Positions 49,173 to 62,785 of a stretch of DNA of 64,000 nt are shown here, piece after piece (positions within the stretch are counted from its first letter, which is position 1; each line of letters begins with the position of its first letter). Source of the stretch: Squalus acanthias. Taxonomy: Eukaryota. The position numbers were made by a program, and so were the translations under genes. The notes under the pieces were generated by a model. The model was not told the DNA's origin and did no database searches. It worked only from the letters and a program-made list of their open reading frames with translations. Where the stretch lies: NCBI GenBank assembly GCA_030390025.1, contig CM059431.1, forward strand, positions 111,602,001 to 111,666,000. Reading direction: 5' to 3'.

Positions 49173-50144
49173 TAGCCGCAGAAAATAGCCATTTTGGGTC
49201 CAGAAATCCTGGGGCTTGCTCCGCTGCCGAACCTTGACCCCCCTGACCCTGCCACAGAGTGTCCAAGGTTGGAGCAGAGGTCGGGTCATCGGAGTTAAAT
49301 ATTTTCGCCTGGTGCCGGCGCCAGTATTCGTGCCTCTCAGGTGCCCACCAGACCGGGGAAGGGTGAAAGATGCAGCACCAAACCCCCCACCCCGCCACCA
49401 CCACCCCCATGCCCATATGGGATGCTGCTAGCCGACTGTTCCCCCTTCCTCAAAAAGGTGCAACTCTCCAGGTGATTTGCCCCCTTTGTAAGAGGGCTAA
49501 TGCTAAACAATTTAAAAAGCCAATTCTGAAGTCTTCTACGCCATAAGTTACCTGGAGACCCTGGGTGGGCTCTACTTACACCCCAACGAGTGTCTGAATG
49601 CCAGTTGCTTCCTGATACCCAGATTACCAGCCACAAAGGAGTCGGGAGCCTCGGGTGGATGAGGCCCCTCTGTCAGCTCTGCCTCCTTGCCACGCCATAC
49701 GCCCTTTATGGATCAGACGGTACGTCCATCTAATCAAGGCCACAGCGGCTCCTCTTCTCGGTGGAGACCTAGCATTTCGGGTCCCGTCTGGTTTTTCCTC
49801 CCCCTCCGCTGCACACACTGGCGATTAATGCCAGGAGTGCATCCCAGGCCCTGTGGAAATTCAGGGTCTTTGTCTCATTAGGTACCATGAGGGAACGGGT
49901 CAAGCCATTCAATTCAAATACAAACAACTTGTGGGCTTTATTTGTCAATGTTTGATTGGCAGCTCTTTATGAATTTAAAGAACGCATATTTCAATTTTGT
50001 TGGCCTGTTCATTATTTTTGAAAAGTGTTTCTCAGCTTGACTTGTGACAATTGGTTCATCCATCTGAAGCCATCAACGATTGATTGGACTCGGAGAGAGA
50101 GATTCCATGGATGGCCAGCTACAGACCACCATGTAAATGTTACT

Positions 50145-50341
50145 GAAGCAAAATACTGCGGATGCTGGAAATCTGAAATAAAAACAGGAAATGCTGGAAA
50201 ACACTCAGCAGGTCAGGCAGCATCTGGGGAGAGAGAAACAGAGTCAACGTTTCAGTTCGGATGAAAGGTCATTGACCTCACACATTTCTCTCTCCACAGA
50301 TGCAGGCTGACCTGCTGAGTGCTTACCAGCATTTTCTGTTC
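50145..50341. mobile_element. Miniature fold-back Penelope insertion (family 2)
   Basis: Left arm matches 29327-29436; the right arm is its inverse; 13-bp TSD tgtaaatgttact/tgtaagtgttact; damaged hammerhead (cggatgaaaggtcattgacct) at the turn. Confidence 0.8.
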
Positions 50342-50659
50342 TGTAAGTGTTACTATTCAGGGATCTGGTGTCTGATCTAGCTTACATTGCAGTTTAGCAT
50401 AGCAGATGTGAGTTATTTTTCAACCTTCTAAGGAGGGGTATAGTTAAGCCTGAGCTACTGTAAATCTACAGTGTTATTGCTTTTGTTCATAGCCATAAAT
50501 CTGTTTGGCTTGAACCACAGCCTACTGAAGTTTTTATTCCATTACTTCCAAAGTTGAGGAAGATCACGGAAAGGAATGGTTTGAGAAGCTGAACCCGAGA
50601 AAATAGCTAGAGTTCAAAACCCAAAAGCGTAACAAGGGCTACGGAAGGAGGGGGCAGGC

Positions 50660-53600
50660 GTCAGCTGATGAATCAGTACTCCTCCATGTTGAACACCACT
50701 TGGAAGAAGCACTGAGAGTAGCAAGGGCACAGAATGTACTCTGGATGGGGGACTTCAATGTCCATCACCAAGAGTGGCTCGGTAGCACCACTACTGACCG
50801 AGCTGGCCAAGTCCTGAAGGACATAGCTGCCAGTCTGGGCCTGCGACAAGTGGTGAGAGAACCAACACGAGGGAAAAACCTACTTGACCTCATCCTCACC
50901 AATCTACCTGTCGCAGATGCATCTGTCCATGACAGCATTGGTAGCAGTGACCACCGCACAGTCATTGTGGAGACGAAGTCCCAACTTCACACGGAGACAT
51001 CCTCCATCGTGTTGTGTGGCACTACCATCGTGCTAAATGGGATAGATTCAGAACAGATCTAGCAGCTCAAAACTGGGCATCCATGAGACGCTGTGAGCCA
51101 TCAGCAGCAGCAGAATTGTATTCCACCACAATCTGTAACCTCATGGCCGGGCATATCCCTCACTCTACCATTACCATCACGCCAGGGGACCAACCCTGGT
51201 TCAATCAGGAGTGTAGAAGAGCATGCCAGGAGCATCACCAGGCGTACCTAAAAATGGGGTGCCAACCTGGTGAAGCTGCAACACACGACTACATGCATGC
51301 TAAAAAGCGGAAGCAGCATGCTATAGACAGGGCTAAGCGATCGCACAATCAACGGATCAGATCAAAGCTCTGCAGTCCTGCCACATACAGTCATGAATGG
51401 TGGTGGACCATTAAACAACTAACGGGAGGAAGAGGCTCCATGAACATCCCCATCCTCAATGATGGTGGAGCCCAGCACGTGAGTGCAAAAGACAAGGCTG
51501 AAGCGTTTGCAACCAACTTCAGCCAGAAGTGCCGAGTGGACGATCCATAGTGGCCTACTCCCGAGGTCCCCACCATCACAGAAACCAGTCTTCAGCCAAT
51601 TCGATTCACTTCACGTGATATCAAGAAACGGCTGAGCGCACTGGATACAGCAAAGGCTATGGGCCCCGACAACATCCCGGCTATCCTACTGAAGACTTGT
51701 GCTCCAGAACTAGCCGCGCCTCTAGCCAAGCTGTTCAATTACAGCTACAATACTGGCATCTATCCGACAATGTGGAAAATTGCCATGGTATGTCCTGTCC
51801 ACAAAAAGCAGGACAAATCCAACCCGGCCAATTACCGCCCCATCAGTCTACTCTCAATCATCAGCAAAGTGATGGATGGTGTCATCGACAGTGCTATCAA
51901 GCAGCACTTACTCACCAATAACCTGCTCACCAATGCTCAGTTTGGGTTCCGCCAAGACCACTCGGCTCCCGACCTCATTACAGCCTTGGTCCAAACATGG
52001 ACAAATGAGCTGAATTCCAGAGGTGAGGTGAGAGTGACTGCCCTTGACATCAAGGCAGCATTTGACCGAGTGTGGCATCAAGGAGCCCTAGTGAAACTGA
52101 AGTCAATGGGAATCAGGGGGAAAACGTTCCACTGGCTGGAGTCATACCTAGCACAAAGGAAGATGGTTGTGGTGGTTGAAGGTCAATCATCACAGCCCCA
52201 GGACATCGCTGCAGGAGTTCCTCAGGGCAGCGACCTAGGCTCAACCATCTTCAGCTGCTTCATCAATTGTGAAGGAATAGCCAGGATTCAGAAAAATACA
52301 CGATACTAAAAACAGATTTCTGAAATTATTAATAAATGACATACTGGGTTTAAAAGTCTGAAAGCCTCAGCGACACAGGCTGTAGGCACAATACAGGCTT
52401 CTGAGATAAAGATCAGTTATTCACATGTTGTAAAACACCACAGGCTTTGAAATGGGAATGGGTTATTGACCAAGAAACAAGCCCTATTGATAAAGCAAAG
52501 GTTTGCTTCCAGAGCGTCTGGACATTGGAATCAAAACAATGCAATGACTCAAGTAAAGTGTTATAATTTAACACGTCGAACAGGTGCACAGAACATTAAA
52601 AAAACCGAGTGCCTTTGAAAGAATGACATCAAGTAAGAAATACCTGTCGTAAAATAGTTTTATGTTAATCTTAAAGACAGGAAACACGATTAAATATGCA
52701 ACCAATTGAGATAGCTAGAAAACAAGTAAACACTTGAGTTAAAGTGTTTTCAATTTACATATTGTAAATGTAATACCAACAGAAGCCTTTGAAGAAATGA
52801 CATCAAGTAAAAGAAATGCCTGCTGAACAAATAGTTTTAATGTTAAGCTTGAAATATGGAGTCCCAAGGTCTGATAAAAACCAATTGAAGTAAATTAGAA
52901 ATGCATGAAGATACTAGAGAAGTGTTTTTAATTTACAAGTTGTAAAAAGTACACAAACAAGACGACTTTGAAAATATTACTTCAATGGATACACCAAGCA
53001 ATTACATTGTTTTTGTATTGAACCTGGAATACCACCGAGTCACAACGTCTGATAAAAACCAGTTAAAGTAGTATTAGAAATTCAAGAGAAAGACTTGCTA
53101 AGAATTGCATCAAACAGAAACCATTGCTGTCATTGTGTTTATGATGGTTTTGGAAACACCTAAACAGGACACAAGTCTAAAAGCATTCAACAGAGATATC
53201 AATAAAGAATAGAACAAAGTCAGCAAAGAATGACTTGATACAATTAAGCTTACATCAGCACGAATACTTCAAAGGATAAACCACCTAAAAAAAGATATAA
53301 AAATAGACCTTTTCAGACAGAAAAGTCAGAAGTCGCTGGGAAGACAAGCGTTTCTCAACTTTACAGACATTCTCTAAGTTTACAACTTGAGAGTCTCAGG
53401 GATCAAGGTACTCTTATTTGATTTTGGTGGATATTCTGGATTAAGAAATAAGTAGAAGTGTAGAAATGTAACGAAGTTAAGATTTGAGAATACGGATCTC
53501 TGAGAATAAGAAAATGTAAGCTATTTGTATTTTGAACGATTAAAGTTGCGATTGCCATAATAAATGTTAACTGAATGTCGGTTCTGTAATAAATCTATAT

Positions 53601-54908
53601 ATTTTTAGAATAGTCTCAAAGAGTATTTCTGTATCATCTTGCGAACTCAAATTCTGTATACTCAAAGGAGTTGCAGAATTCTGGGGGGTATTCCGGACCC
53701 TTACAATATCCGGAAGGTTACAGTCTAGTTAAACTTATTAAAAGTACTATCTGGAGGACGATCTGGAGGACGGTAACATCTTTAGACTGTTTCTTTCCTT
53801 TAGGGAGAGGTAGTCTGACCTTTAAACCCAATTAAGCGTCTTATGGGATCCGGCTACGGCTAACTTTAGTTGAGGGTAAACGTCTGGGGAATACGCCTGA
53901 TCTGGGGTAGTCCGAAAGGGCTAGGACTGTAATTATCCCTTCACAATGACATTCCCTCCAACATAAGGTCAGAAATGGGGATGTTCGCTGATGACTGCAC
54001 AGTGTTCAGCGCCATTCACAACTCCTCAGATAATGAAGCAGTCCATGCCCGCATGCAACAAGACCTGGACGACGTACAGGCTTGGGCTGATAAGTGGCAG
54101 GTAACATTCGCGCCACACAAGTGCCAGGCAATGACTATCTCCAACAAGCCAGAGTCTAACCACCTCCCCTTGACATTCAATGGCATTACCATCGCCGAAT
54201 CCCCCACTATCAACATCCTGGGGAGTCACCATTAACCAGAAACTTAACTGGACCAGCCACATAAATACTGTGACAACAAGAGCAGCTCAGAGGCTGGGTA
54301 TTCTGTGGCGAGTGTCTCACCTCCTGACTCCCCAAAGCCTTTCCACCATCTACAAGGCACAAGTCAGGAGTGTGATGGAATACTCTCCACTTGCCTGGAT
54401 GAGTGCAGCTCCAACAACACTCAAGAAGCTTGACACCATCCAGGACAAAGCAGCCCGCTTGATTGGCACCCCATCCACCACCTTAAACATTCACTCCCTC
54501 CACCACTGGCTTACCGTGGCTGCAGTGTGTACCATCTACAAGATGCACTGCAGAAACTCGCCAAGGCATCTTCGGCAGCACCTCCTAAACCCGCGACCTC
54601 TTCCATCTAGAAGGACAAGGGCAGCAGACACATAGGAACACAACCACCTCCAGGAACACAACCACCTCCAGGTTCCCCTCCAAGTCACACACCATCCTGA
54701 CTTAGAAGTATATCGCCGATCCTTCATCGTCGCTGGGTCAAAATCCTAGAACTCCCTCTCTAACAGCACTGTGGGAGTACCTTCACCACACGGACTGCAG
54801 CGGTTCAAGAAGGTGTCGCACCACCACCTTCTCAAGGGCAACTAGGGATGGGCAATAAATGCTGGCTTTGCCAGCGACGCCCAGATCCCATAAGCGAATT
54901 AAAAAAAA
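50660..54908 (+). mobile_element. Non-LTR retrotransposon ORF2 (APE-RT; CR1/Jockey group, clade not assigned), 5'-truncated, split by a solo LTR
   Basis: MGDFNVHH, SSDH, GPDNIP, NYRPISLLS, LDIKAAFDRVWH, GVPQGS, MFADD; A-tailed 3' UTR. Confidence 0.92.
52268..53943 (+). mobile_element. Very long solo LTR (1676 bp)
   Basis: TGTGAAGG...CCTTCA termini, 4-bp TSD CAAT whose removal restores FIN-D in the host RT; TATAAAA 53296, AATAAA 53559 and 53588. Confidence 0.8.
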
Positions 54909-55375
54909 TATGTGGGGGTGACTTTGGTCTCGGACGGTCGTGCAAATCAGCACCCTGATTTACACCCTGCCCGAATTTCTTATCCATTAACTTCAATAGC
55001 AAAGAAAAACCGGGCGCAGGATAAAACGGGCCTCCGACTCACCATCGCCTGTTTCCCGCTACTGCGGAAGGCCAATTTCGCCTCCTCTTTCTCAACAGTT
55101 TCACAGAAGAGGACGATGAGCCCAAATTTATGCAGTAATGAGGATATTTTATTTGTATTACAACAGGCTATATAAAAGGCTAGCAGGTAAAGTTGACAGT
55201 TTTGTGTAAAAAAAACTTGCAAATAGAAAAGCACGTAGTCTTCTGCAAGTAACAGCATAACAGAACTGAGCAAGTTGAATTAAAAAGTTCTGAATTCTGT
55301 GCTTCAGGTTGCAGAAAGAGCCTGCCTGCCGGTTTTGAGGAGAGAGAAAAAATATCAATGCCCGTCTCAGGGGAA

Positions 55376-55660
55376 AAATGAGAAGTTGCACAACACCAGG
55401 TTATAGTCCAACAGTTTTATTTGAAATCACGAGCTTTCGGAGCGCTGCTCCTTCGTCAGGCAAAGTGAAGGAATACAAATCAGCAAAGCATATATAGACA
55501 GAGAACAATGTGTAGCGTACAGTGTCAGACGACTACAGTAAATCTCACTGACTGCCCTCTATCACACCTCGGCAGAGATACAATCAAGGAAGGCATTACA
55601 TCAAAGACACAGCAAAATACAGCTAAGACAATGAGGTGGGGTCACAGGGGGTTCAGGTCT
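55376..55660 (-). mobile_element. Penelope pLTR fragment (family 1 variant) with hammerhead motif at ~55425-55462
   Basis: gagaagttgcacaacaccaggttatagtccaacag...gctttcggagcgctgctccttcgtcagg; downstream similarity to 7600-7670. Confidence 0.75.
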
Positions 55661-56449
55661 ACGTTCCTCCTCATCCTCTTCCTGGACTATGATTCGCTGC
55701 AGTTCTACTTTGGCAAACAGGTGTTTGCTCTCTCAGTGACAGCGCGGTGGAGCCTGAAACACGGAATTATTCTGCAACTCACTGCAGGGGATCCAGCAGA
55801 GTGGGGGCCGGGGAGGGGGGGCGGGGGGGGGAGCAACAGCAGAGCCGCCCAGACATCTGATCCATTGCTTCAACAGGCGAAAGCTCTATTTTATCGAAAC
55901 CTTGGGAGTCATACATTGCTGGAGGCCCTCTTTGTAAGATCTAGGATTCTACATCAATCACGCTTAGTCCACATTAACCCATGTCCCCAAGAGTCAATCC
56001 TGAAATCTGTTCTGCCCTGGAACGGTTGGGAATCCCTTCCACTTACTGGGAAACAAATGCCAACTTGCCCAATTTCTTCCTAGTGTTTGCATACCATCTC
56101 GATGTTAAGGAGGGCACTACAGGTGCACTAGCAGTGGCGTGAATGTAACCAATGCCATCTTGGGCTCAAGGAGTGTCACAGACCTGGAAGAACTGGATCT
56201 GCCTCTTCATGCTGATGCTTTGCTGCAATTACAACAGTGACAACGCGTCAACAAGTACTTCATTGGCTGTGAAGCGCTTTGGGACGTCCGGTGGTCGTGA
56301 AACGCGCTGTAGAAATGCAAGTCTTTCTTTCTTTCTTTGAACTTTGTGTGTGCAAACACGTGGCTGCAAAGGGCATCGGCTTCTACCGTGAAACAGCGGT
56401 GAATTGCAAATGGATTGATTCCACTGACAGGAAAAACCCAGTGAACCTC

Positions 56450-56820
56450 CTCAAATTTTTAATCCTCATTCTTGTGTTCAAATCGCTCCATGGCCTCGCC
56501 CCTCCCTAACTCTATAACCTCCTTCAGCCCCACAACCCCCAGAGAACTATGCGTTGCTCTAATTCAGACCTCTTGTGCATCTCCGATTTCCATCGCCCCT
56601 CTATTGGCAGCCGTGCCTTCAGCTGCCTAGGCCCTAAGCTCTGGAATTCCGAACCCCTCTGCCTCTCTCTCCTCCTTATAACCTACCTTTTTGACCAAGC
56701 TTTTGGTCACCTGTCCTAATATCTCTTTATGTGGCTCGGTGTCAAATTTTGTCTGATAATGCTCCTGTTAATGTTTTACTACATTAATGGTGCTATATAA
56801 ATGGAAGTTGTTGCTGTTGC
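56450..56820 (+). mobile_element. L2 3' fragment
   Basis: LILVFKSLHGLAPP and L2 3' UTR. Confidence 0.8.
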
Positions 56821-57154
56821 TCCTTGGTTAGAGCTTTGGTTCCAGGATTCAGATGTAAGTTAGAATTCCTGGTAAAATGCAGCCTGTGCACACACAGTTC
56901 CTCGTTGAGGTCCAGGTAGTTGTTATGTCCGTTGTACACACGCTACTTTAGTAATGACAAGTCCTGAAGGGTCACCACATGTCCTTCATGCTCCTGTGCT
57001 GTTATCTTCTGTTATTCCTACTCCTTCTCAAAAGTGTCTAGCAAAGAGAGACATGCTGTACGCCCATTCTGCAGAGTTCGTAGAAAGACCATTCTCTGAA
57101 ACTTTCCGTCAGCTATCTCCTACTATCCTCAGCCTTCAAACTCTGCCAGCTCTT

Positions 57155-57580
57155 TCTGCTCGCTGACCTACACTGCCTCCCAGTTAAGCAACGCCTCGAT
57201 TTTAAAATTCTCATCCTTGTTTTCAAATCCCTCCATGGCCTCTGTAATCTCCTCCAACCCTACAACCCCGCCGAGATATCTGCGCTCCTCTAATTCTGCC
57301 CTCTTGAGCATCCCTGATTATAATCGCTCAACCATTGGTGGCCGTGCCTTCTGTTGCCTAGGCCCTAAGCTCTGGAATTCCCTGCCTAATCCTCTCTTTC
57401 CTCCTTTAAGACACTCCTTAAAACCTACCTCTTTGACCAAGTTTTTGTCCATCTGCCCTAATTTCTCCTTATGTGGCTTGGTGTCAAATTTTTTATCTTA
57501 TAACGCTCCTGTGAAGCGCCTTGAGATTTTTACTACATTAAAGGCGCTATCTAAATACAAGTTGTTTTTGTTGTTGCTGT
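57155..57580 (+). mobile_element. L2 3' fragment
   Basis: Near-identical to 6825-7255. Confidence 0.85.
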
Positions 57581-58414
57581 TTATATGTAGTAAATTAAAT
57601 ATTAATGCTGGAAGTGGAGTGTACCCAATGAATGCAATGTGCAAATCCAGTAACTTAAGTAAATGTGCACATGTCTCAATTAGTAATCTTTGGTAAATAA
57701 TAAACATATTCACTCGGGGGCACAGCACTAATGTGTAGATCTGTTTACTGCCTTGAGGCAATTTTAGAAACATAGGCAAAAGTTAGCAATTACTCTTATT
57801 ATTAACACACAACATAACTGCACCTCAACGCACAATTAGCACGTGTGCGCCAGCTCTACCGCGTAAAGTAAATTAAGCCCTGAAATTGGTGGCTCCATTA
57901 TCCGGTGAGGATACTTTGCTACTAATTACATTCGTACATATTTTAAGCAGCAATTCACCTGCAGCTCCAATATAAACAACATCGGCCCTCAGTGTAAATG
58001 GGATTCATTAGGGAAGTTCTGTACTGCCTCATAATTGATTATCCCAAGCTGATCAAAGATAGTACATACAACTGTGTCTTATATTAAAAGAGAAAAAATA
58101 GACAGACTCGCATTTCCATAGCGCCTTTCACAACCTCCCAACGTCCCAAAGCGCTTTAGTCAATGAAGTACTTTTTTGAAATGTAGTCACTGTTGTAATG
58201 TAGGAAAATTTGTATCTAAGCTCTGGTCTGTACTATTCTATACTATTTAATCCAATTATTAATACAGTGACTAATTATTAATAAGGTAATTACTCGAATC
58301 CATGACTCAGCATTATTATTTCTATGAATGAGTTTGTTAATTGTAGGGTGAAATTACACTGTACAATTAAGTTAACCTGTTCATATGAAACTTCTTCGTC
58401 CAATATTTTGACAA

Positions 58415-58885
58415 TAAAGAAAGAAAGACTTGCATTTATATAGCGCCGTTCACGACCACCGGACGTCCCAAAGCGCTTTACAGCCAATGAAGTACTTTTA
58501 AAGTGGAGTCACTATTGTAATGTGGGAAATATGGCAGCCAATTTGCGCACAGCAAGGTCCCATAAACAGTAATGTGATAATGACCAGATAATCTGTTTTT
58601 GTTATGTTGGTTGAGGGATAAATATTGGCCAAGACACCGGGGATAACTCCCCTGCTCTTCTTCGAAATAGCACCATGGGATCTTTTACATCCACTTGAGA
58701 GAGCAGACGGGGCCTCAGTTTAATGTCTCATCTGAAAGATGGCACCTCCAATAGCGCAGCACTCCCTCAGCACTGCACTGGAGCATCAGCCTAGTTTTAT
58801 GTGCTCAAGTCCCTGGAGTGGGACTTGAACCCACAACCTTCTGACTCAGAGGCAAGTGTGCTACCCACTGAGCCACAGCTGACAC
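58415..58885 (-). mobile_element. SacSINE1/DeuSINE-type SINE (full length)
   Basis: Complete head to (aaag)n tail on the minus strand. Confidence 0.85.
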
Positions 58886-59539
58886 ATGATGACCCACTTA
58901 TTTTAATGTACTTGCAGGCTGCAACTGCATCCCATTGGTATTCAACTTTTTCTATTATTTTTCTCCTATTTTTAAAACTTTATCTTCTCCTTCCATTCTA
59001 CTCTTGTTAAATAAAGAAAGATCCTGTTGCACCACCGACAGACCTCCAATTCTCCCTCGTTCCGTCTGGTAAAACGCCTGGCCTCTTGCTCACATAAACA
59101 TCTGACAACATAGTCTATGACAGAGCTTACTGTGTGCAGATATCACAGGCACCGACCCATGTCATGCATCACTGTGGTGTCAAGTGCACTACACCACTGT
59201 CCCATAAATAGAATTAGCTTTCATTAATCAGTCGCGATACACTTTTGGCTGCTAGTAGGGTTGCCAACTCTGATTGGACCTATTCCCACAGGTTCCATCA
59301 CATGACCTCCCGCCCAGTTAAACAGTCTTTTTTTCCCCCGATTTCCAATAGTTTTTGAACTAATAAACAAATCCGTTCAAAGAAAATGAAAAAGAACACA
59401 CAACTTTTCTTAATGCCCCTATGATTTTTCCGCTGGGTTGCTTGCTGCAGTGCCCAGAAGATTAATTTTTAATTCCTGGACACTCCGGGACAACCCCAGC
59501 TACTATCAACTCTTTGAGCACTACGAAACAATTTCAGGA

Positions 59540-60328
59540 TTAACAACAACAAATTGCATTTACATAGCGCCTTTAACGTAGTAAACGTCCCAAGGAGCTT
59601 CACGGGAGCGTTATAAAACAAAATTTGACACTGAGCCACATAAGGAGATAGATGGGCAGGCGGCCAAAAGCTTGGTCAAAGAGAAAGGGCTTAAGGAGCA
59701 TCTTAAAGGATGGCACAGAGAGGCGGAGAGGTTTAGGGAGAGAATTCCAGAGCTTAGGGCCCAGGCAGCTTAAGGCACGGTCGCCAATGGTGGAGTGATT
59801 AAAATCGGGGATGCGCAAGAGGCCAAAATTGGAGGAGCGCAGAGATCTCGGAGGGTTGTAGGGCTGCAGGAGGATACAGAGATAGGGAGGGCCAAAGCCA
59901 TGGAGTGATTTGAAAACAAGGATGAGAATTTGAAAATTGAGGTGTTGCCAGACCAGGAACCAATGCAGGTCAGAGAGCACAGGGGTGATGGGTGAACGGG
60001 ACTTTGTACGAGTTAGGACACAGGCAGCAGAGTATTGAATGAGCTCAAGTTTACGGAGGGTGAAAGGTGAGAAGCTAACCATTGCAGCATTGGAATAGTC
60101 AAGTCTAGAAGTAACAAAGGCATGGATGAGGATTTCAGCAGCAGATGAGCTGAGGCAGGGACAGAGATGGGCGATGATACAGAGGTGGAAGCAGGAGGTT
60201 TTGGTGAGGGAGCAGATAAGGGATCTTAAGCGCATCTCAGAGTCAAATAGAACGCCAAGTTTGCAAATGGTCTGGTTCAGCCTCAGACAGTGACCAGGGA
60301 GAGGGATGGAGTTGGTGGTTAGGGAACA
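59540..60328 (-). mobile_element. L2 3' fragment; appears to resume at ~62240-62585 after a CR1 insertion
   Basis: IHAFVTSRLDYSN...; the 62312-62623 ORF has [13 protein letters not shown]...MYPDDTQLY. Confidence 0.85.
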
Positions 60329-60329
60329 T

Positions 60330-62236
60330 AAAACTGCATAGAATTACATAGAATATACAGTACAAAACAGGCCATTTGGCCCAACCAGTCAATGCCGGCG
60401 TTTATGCTCCACTTGAGCCTCCTCCCATCCTTCCTCATCTAACTCTATCAGCATAACCCTCGATTCCCTTCTCCCTCATATGCTTATCTAGCCTCCCCTT
60501 AAATGCATCTATACTATTTATCTCAACTATTCCCTGTGAGTTCCACATTCTCACCACTCTCTGGGTAAAGAAGTTTCTTCTGAATTCCATAATTGATTTC
60601 TTGGTGATTATCTTATATTGATGGCCTCTGGTTTTGCTCTTCCCCACAACTGGAAACTCTGGGCTGGATTTTGATACTGGGGCGGGTTGGGGTCGTGTCA
60701 TCCACTTTTTGTGTTATCCACCCGACTCCAATTGGATGTGGGAGATTGATGCAATTTTCACCTAATTGGGCAATTGAGTTCCAGCATGTGGGAACCCATG
60801 ACCCAATTAGTGTTTTCAGTCTGAAAGTTGCCTCTGATGATGTCATCATTGCTGCTGCATTGAAGGTCTGCAAAGACTGCCTGGCCTTTGCTGTGAGAGG
60901 ACTTGGAGGCACAATGAGCAGCAGCAGCCCTAAGTCTGCTCCCAGATATTTTTGTACCACCACCACCACTCCCAGATACTATTCCTATTATTCCTCCTCC
61001 TCCTACTACTACCACCACCATCTCCGTTCTAATAGTGGACCTGCAGCTGATAGTCAGCAATCCAAATGTGCTCCCGCCAGGTTTCACATTCGTGGTTCAC
61101 AACAGGCGTGCTTCACGTAGAAAAAGGGTTAAAATCACAAAGGCCTTTCAAAATGGCATTATAGAGGCAATTTAGTGCTTGTTAAGGGCCTTAACAGCCT
61201 ATCCCACCTCTTGGAGGCGGGATGGAGTCGGGACCAGCAGACACGATTTAATGAAAATTGCGTGGAGGCGGGATGGAGGCGGGCTTGTGCCCGCCCGCCA
61301 GTTTTCGCAATTGTAACCCCCCCCCACACGTCTCCAAACCCACCTCCACGCAATTTTCATTAAATCGTGTCTGCTGGTCCCGACTCCATCCCGCCTCCAA
61401 GAGTGAAAATTCTGCCCATTCTCTCGCTATCTACTCTATCAAAACCTTTCATAATTTTAATCACCTCTATTAGGTCACCCCTCAGCCTTCTCTTTTCAAG
61501 AGAAACAGACCCAGGCTGTTCATCCTTTCCTGATAGGTATAACCTCCCAGTTCTGGTCTCATCCTTGTAAATCTTTTTTGCACCCTGTCCAGTGCCTCTA
61601 TATGCTTATTATAATATGGTGACCAGAACTGTACACAGTACTCTAAGTGTGGTATAACCAAGGGTCGATTCAAGTCTAGCATAACTTCTCTACTTTTCAA
61701 TACTATCCCTCTAGAAATAAACCCTAGTGCTTGGTTTGCTTTTTTTAATGGCCTTATTAACCTGTGTCACTACTTTTAGTGATTTGTGCATTTGTACTCC
61801 TAAATCCCTTTGCCCTCTACCCCATTTAGATTCTTATTTTCCAAGTAATATGTGACCTCCTTATTTTTCTTACCAAAATGTAATACCTCACACTTATCTA
61901 TGCTGAAATTCATTTGTCAATTATATGCCCATTCTGCAAGTTTATTAATGTCTTCTTGTAATTTGTTGCAGTCCTCCTCAGTATTGACTATCCCCCGCAA
62001 TTTGGTGTCGTCCACAAATTTAAAAATTGTGTTTTTGATTCCAAATTCTAAATTGTTAATATAAATTGTGAACAACAGTGGTCACAGCACTGATACTTGT
62101 AGGACCCCACTTCCCACCTTCTGCTACTCTGAATAGCTACCCTAACCCCTACTCTCTGCTTTCTATCTTGCAGCCAGCTAGCTATCCATTCTGCTACTTG
62201 TCCCCTGACTCCACATGGTCCAACCTTATTCATTAG
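60330..62236 (-). mobile_element. CR1 3' portion nested in L2 and interrupted by MITE family A
   Basis: RGQVAEWIASWLQDRKQRV, PHLEYCVQFWSP, RRNFFTQRVVRMWN. Confidence 0.85.
60661..61417 (-). mobile_element. Harbinger-type MITE family A (copy 2, rearranged end)
   Basis: Reverse complement of 5232-6291 without the SINE; ends gggctggatttt and aaaattctgccc. Confidence 0.8.
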
Positions 62237-62785
62237 TCTGTTTGTGGGAGAGAATGGAGTTTGTGGCAGAGACTGAAGACAATGGCTTTGGTCTTCCCAA
62301 TATTTTTTTTTTTAAATCGGGAAGAAATTTCTGTTCGTCCAGCACTGGATGTCAGACAAGCAGTGTGGAAAATCAGAGGAAGTGGAGGGGTCAAGAGAAG
62401 TGATGGTGAGGTAGAGCTGGGTGTCGTCAGGGTACATGTGGAACCTGACGTTGTGTTTTCGGATGATGTCGCTGAGGGGCAGCATGTAGATGAGAAATAG
62501 AAGGGGACCCAAGGATAGATGCTTGGGGAACTGCAGAGGTAAAGGTGTGGGAGCAGGAAGAGAAGCCATTGCAGGAGATTCTCTTTTGATGTTTAAAAAA
62601 TTAGAGAGTGCTTCGGAAGACACTTAAAGTATGAAGTTGACATGTTTCAATCTAATTCAACACGTCGAAAGTTCAGTAAAATTAAAAGAACTAAGCTTGT
62701 ATAGCTCGTATATGATAGAAGCAATAAAAAAAAGGTTCAGTACTTAGTGGGTTAATGTGGCAAGATAGGCAGCTAGCATTAAAAC

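Noticed and set aside
49195..49870. Further MITE after the CR1 break (similar GC-rich patches at 16160-16540, 22500-22870, 32235-32690, 39770-40330)
   Set aside because: Likely old transposon debris, but I could not establish matching TIRs and TSDs.
54635..54671. 18-bp tandem duplication in a LINE
   Set aside because: Ordinary slippage in a dead copy.
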